Of a stretch of 20,000 nucleotides of DNA, positions 17,720-20,000 are shown piece after piece. Source of the stretch: an uncultured virus (IMG/VR IMGVR_UViG_3300030109_004684). Taxonomy: Duplodnaviria > Heunggongvirae > Uroviricota > Caudoviricetes > Crassvirales. The stretch lies in IMG/VR virus record IMGVR_UViG_3300030109_004684. One strand, written 5' to 3'. The notes under the pieces were generated by a model. It saw only the letters and a program-made list of their open reading frames with translations, was not told the DNA's origin and did not search any database. The position numbers and the translations under genes are program-made. Position 1 is the first letter of the stretch; each line of letters starts with the position of its first letter.

Positions 17720-19946
17720 TTTTCTTTTTCATCTTGTTTGGATTACCTTTACCACCATCAGCTTTACTAGCATGTACTGCTTTTCTTTGTGCTGCTGATT
17801 TATATTTCTTATTAGGTGAATCTTCTTTTTTCATCTTAGCAACTGCTTTACCTCTTTTTTTAATAGCTTCCATCATTTCAGGCGTCATCTTTTTATCACC
17901 TTTAGCCATTCTAGTTCTTTCTTCTTTAGTTGCTCTCTTTAATTTATTAGGCCCTGCTTTTTTATCAGCAGCAGCTTGCTTCATTGATTCAGTAGTGTTA
18001 CCGTCACCATCGATGTCTGGATAATCTGGTTTAGCAGCTTTAGCAGGAGAATCAGCTGCTTTTGTTTTAACAGTATATTTTGAACCGTCTGCTCTTTGAT
18101 AAACTTTCGTGTTACCCGCTTTAACTCCTTTAGAAATTTTTTCATTAAAACCACCTTGCGAAGTAATATCTTTGTGTTTTGCTTTTTTACCTTTAACCTC
18201 TACGGTTTCTTTTGTTCCACCTTTTACTATATCACTTTTTGCTTTAGTCGGAGCGGCTTTTTTCATTTTTGGTGAGAATGCTTTTCCTGCTTCTCTACTT
18301 TTTATGTTCTTTTCTAATTTTTGTTGATCAGCTACATGTTTTTTTATTTCTTCAGGTGTATACTTTTTTTCATACTCATCGCCTGGAGTGTCAAGATATT
18401 CACGATAAAATTTAGTTTTACCTGTTTTTAAATCTTTAACCTTATCTTTACCTGCTTGCGCGACTTTTTTTCCTGAAGAATCTTGTTTTGCTGGAGACTT
18501 CATATCCATAGCTGAATTTTCTTTTTTCATTTTAGCCATAGCTTCTTTAGCCATCTTAACTGCAGATGCAGTTTGCATTTTACCCATTTTGTATGGGTTA
18601 CCTTTCATTTTAAAACCTTTTTTCATTTCTATTGGGGATTTTTGTTTTTTCATCTCTGCTGGTGAGTCAGCTGCTTCTTTTCTTTTTCTTCTTTGTTCAT
18701 CTAATAAATCATCAGATTCTTCTCTTGCATCAATGAACTCTTGGGTACCTTGTTTTTTAGGATCCATTGGGTCACCGTAATACTTTACTCTTTTTCCACC
18801 AACCATCATAGGATTGCCATATGCATCTTCACCCATTGTAGCACCAATTCTAAGTGAATCTGGTTCTTCACCAACATAGCTAGCACCTGTTACAAGATCT
18901 CCACCCTCAACATATTGCGATCCTTCTCTTCCTTCCATCATACCAATATCACCAGCCATATCTCTTTGGATAGCATGTTTACCAGAGTAATCAACAGTAA
19001 ATATACCTTCGTTTGTTATATCATCTATTTGTTTTTGTAGCTGTTCAGCTAGTTTTGTATTACCACTATCTTCTGCGTCTTGAATTTTATACTCTAAGTC
19101 TGTTATTTTTTCACGGTTCTCATCATAATTTCTATCAATGATTTTTTTGTTTTTTTCTTCAAACTCCATTGCTTTTTTAGTTTCATCAATAACAGAGTTT
19201 GGATCGTCAGCATCTCCATATAAGTACTCCTGACCATCTCTATAAACGTTTACATTAGGAGCTTTAAATGGAGACTTCATTTTAAAACCCGATTTCATAC
19301 TAGCAGGTGAATCAGCAGCTTCTCTTCTCTTTTTTCTTTCATCACGTAGCTCTGTGTCAGTGTATGTTGTATCTATACCTATACCTGCGTCATCTGTTAT
19401 ACCTTCTGTCCCAACAGGGTATGTATCAGAACCCTTACCTCTTTCGTAACTATACCTATCTTTATCTAGTAGTTTTCTTTGTCTCGCGTCTTCACCGCTA
19501 TATTTTATATCATATAATGATTCACCACCTTCAACGTTTTTACCTTGTTCTATTTCTTTCATCCGATCCATGATTCTATTTTGCTCTTCCGTTGATAACG
19601 GGAACTCACCTGAGTACCCTTCATCCTCGTACTTCAATTGAGCATCTTCAAGCTGTTTTTGTAGACCACTATACTCATCTTCTGCTTTTTCTACATTTCT
19701 GTCTCTCATTCTTCGGTTTGCTTTTTCGTATTTCAACGCGTCTTGTACCCTTTTATTACGAGTTTGACCAGTTTCACCTCTGTCAAAATCATACATGATT
19801 TCTTCACCATCTTTTGTAACATCTATGTCTAGTGCTTTGTTTGGAGACTCTTCTTTCTTCATGTCCATAGCAGAAGAGTAGTCCCTTATTTTATTAGGCG
19901 ATTCACCCTTCATCGGGAACCCCTTTTTTTTCATTTTGAATGCCAT
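17712..19946 (-). CDS. Large K/E/D/M-rich modular repeat protein (possible polyprotein / internal virion protein)
   Basis: 744 aa with no Cys or Trp. About 15 SP/SA-type linker motifs, FKMK three times, an internal duplication of roughly 180-200 aa and a DIDGDG motif. Confidence 0.75.
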   Translation of the reverse strand: MAFKMKKKGFPMKGESPNKIRDYSSAMDMKKEESPNKALDIDVTKDGEEIMYDFDRGETGQTRNKRVQDALKYEKANRRMRDRNVEKAEDEYSGLQKQLEDAQLKYEDEGYSGEFPLSTEEQNRIMDRMKEIEQGKNVEGGESLYDIKYSGEDARQRKLLDKDRYSYERGKGSDTYPVGTEGITDDAGIGIDTTYTDTELRDERKKRREAADSPASMKSGFKMKSPFKAPNVNVYRDGQEYLYGDADDPNSVIDETKKAMEFEEKNKKIIDRNYDENREKITDLEYKIQDAEDSGNTKLAEQLQKQIDDITNEGIFTVDYSGKHAIQRDMAGDIGMMEGREGSQYVEGGDLVTGASYVGEEPDSLRIGATMGEDAYGNPMMVGGKRVKYYGDPMDPKKQGTQEFIDAREESDDLLDEQRRKRKEAADSPAEMKKQKSPIEMKKGFKMKGNPYKMGKMQTASAVKMAKEAMAKMKKENSAMDMKSPAKQDSSGKKVAQAGKDKVKDLKTGKTKFYREYLDTPGDEYEKKYTPEEIKKHVADQQKLEKNIKSREAGKAFSPKMKKAAPTKAKSDIVKGGTKETVEVKGKKAKHKDITSQGGFNEKISKGVKAGNTKVYQRADGSKYTVKTKAADSPAKAAKPDYPDIDGDGNTTESMKQAAADKKAGPNKLKRATKEERTRMAKGDKKMTPEMMEAIKKRGKAVAKMKKEDSPNKKYKSAAQRKAVHASKADGGKGNPNKMKKKNG

Positions 19947-19962
19947 TGTTCTTCTTTTAAAT

Positions 19963-19980
19963 TTATTAAACGTTTAATAA
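19963..19980. promoter_or_regulatory. Perfect 18-bp palindrome upstream of the 744-aa gene
   Basis: TTATTAAACGTTTAATAA equals its own reverse complement; 16 nt upstream of the ATG at 19946. Confidence 0.45.
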
Positions 19981-20000
19981 TTGTTAGTTAACTATTTTAC

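Noticed and set aside
242..19798. All plus-strand ORFs in the supplied track (e.g. 2397-2651, 4226-4729, 6999-7412, 16400-16756)
   Set aside because: They lie antisense to well-supported minus-strand genes and have the S/F/L/I-rich composition of shadow frames.
1..20000. Stop-codon reassignment as seen in some crAss-like phages
   Set aside because: Core genes are full length under the standard code, and TAA, TGA and TAG all end genes at sensible junctions (TAG at 10259, 14050, 17712; TGA at 9241, 9464).
1..20000. tRNA or other structured ncRNA genes
   Set aside because: Intergenic gaps are at most about 80 nt and show no cloverleaf or T-loop signatures.

Overview
An AT-rich, densely coding 20-kb fragment of a tailed dsDNA phage genome. 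All credible genes are on the minus strand, many abut or overlap, and there are no evident Shine-Dalgarno motifs. That pattern and the proteins suggest a Bacteroidota (probably aquatic Flavobacteriia) podovirus-type phage distantly related to crAss-like/Cellulophaga phages (inference). In transcription order (right to left): a 744-aa low-complexity repeat protein, a 205-aa acidic protein, a small hypothetical, phage groEL and groES, two probable structural proteins, a possible winged-helix protein, an HExxH zincin-like metallopeptidase, a 216-aa low-complexity protein, a holin, a probable structural protein, a LamG/ConA-like lectin protein, three small hypotheticals, a tandem GroES-like protein, a putative small terminase, large terminase, portal, scaffold, major capsid protein, and three post-capsid virion genes (the last truncated). 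The most interesting signal is a set of short peptide motifs shared by otherwise unrelated proteins: F-K-[ML] near N-termini, repeated [DE]-S-P-x-K units and D-G-R-x-x-S-x-x-F-Q. They occur together with a zincin peptidase, suggesting a motif-directed targeting/polyprotein-processing system for virion cargo. The phage also appears to encode one GroEL with two different co-chaperonins. All product calls come from motif recognition and synteny; no database searches were run.
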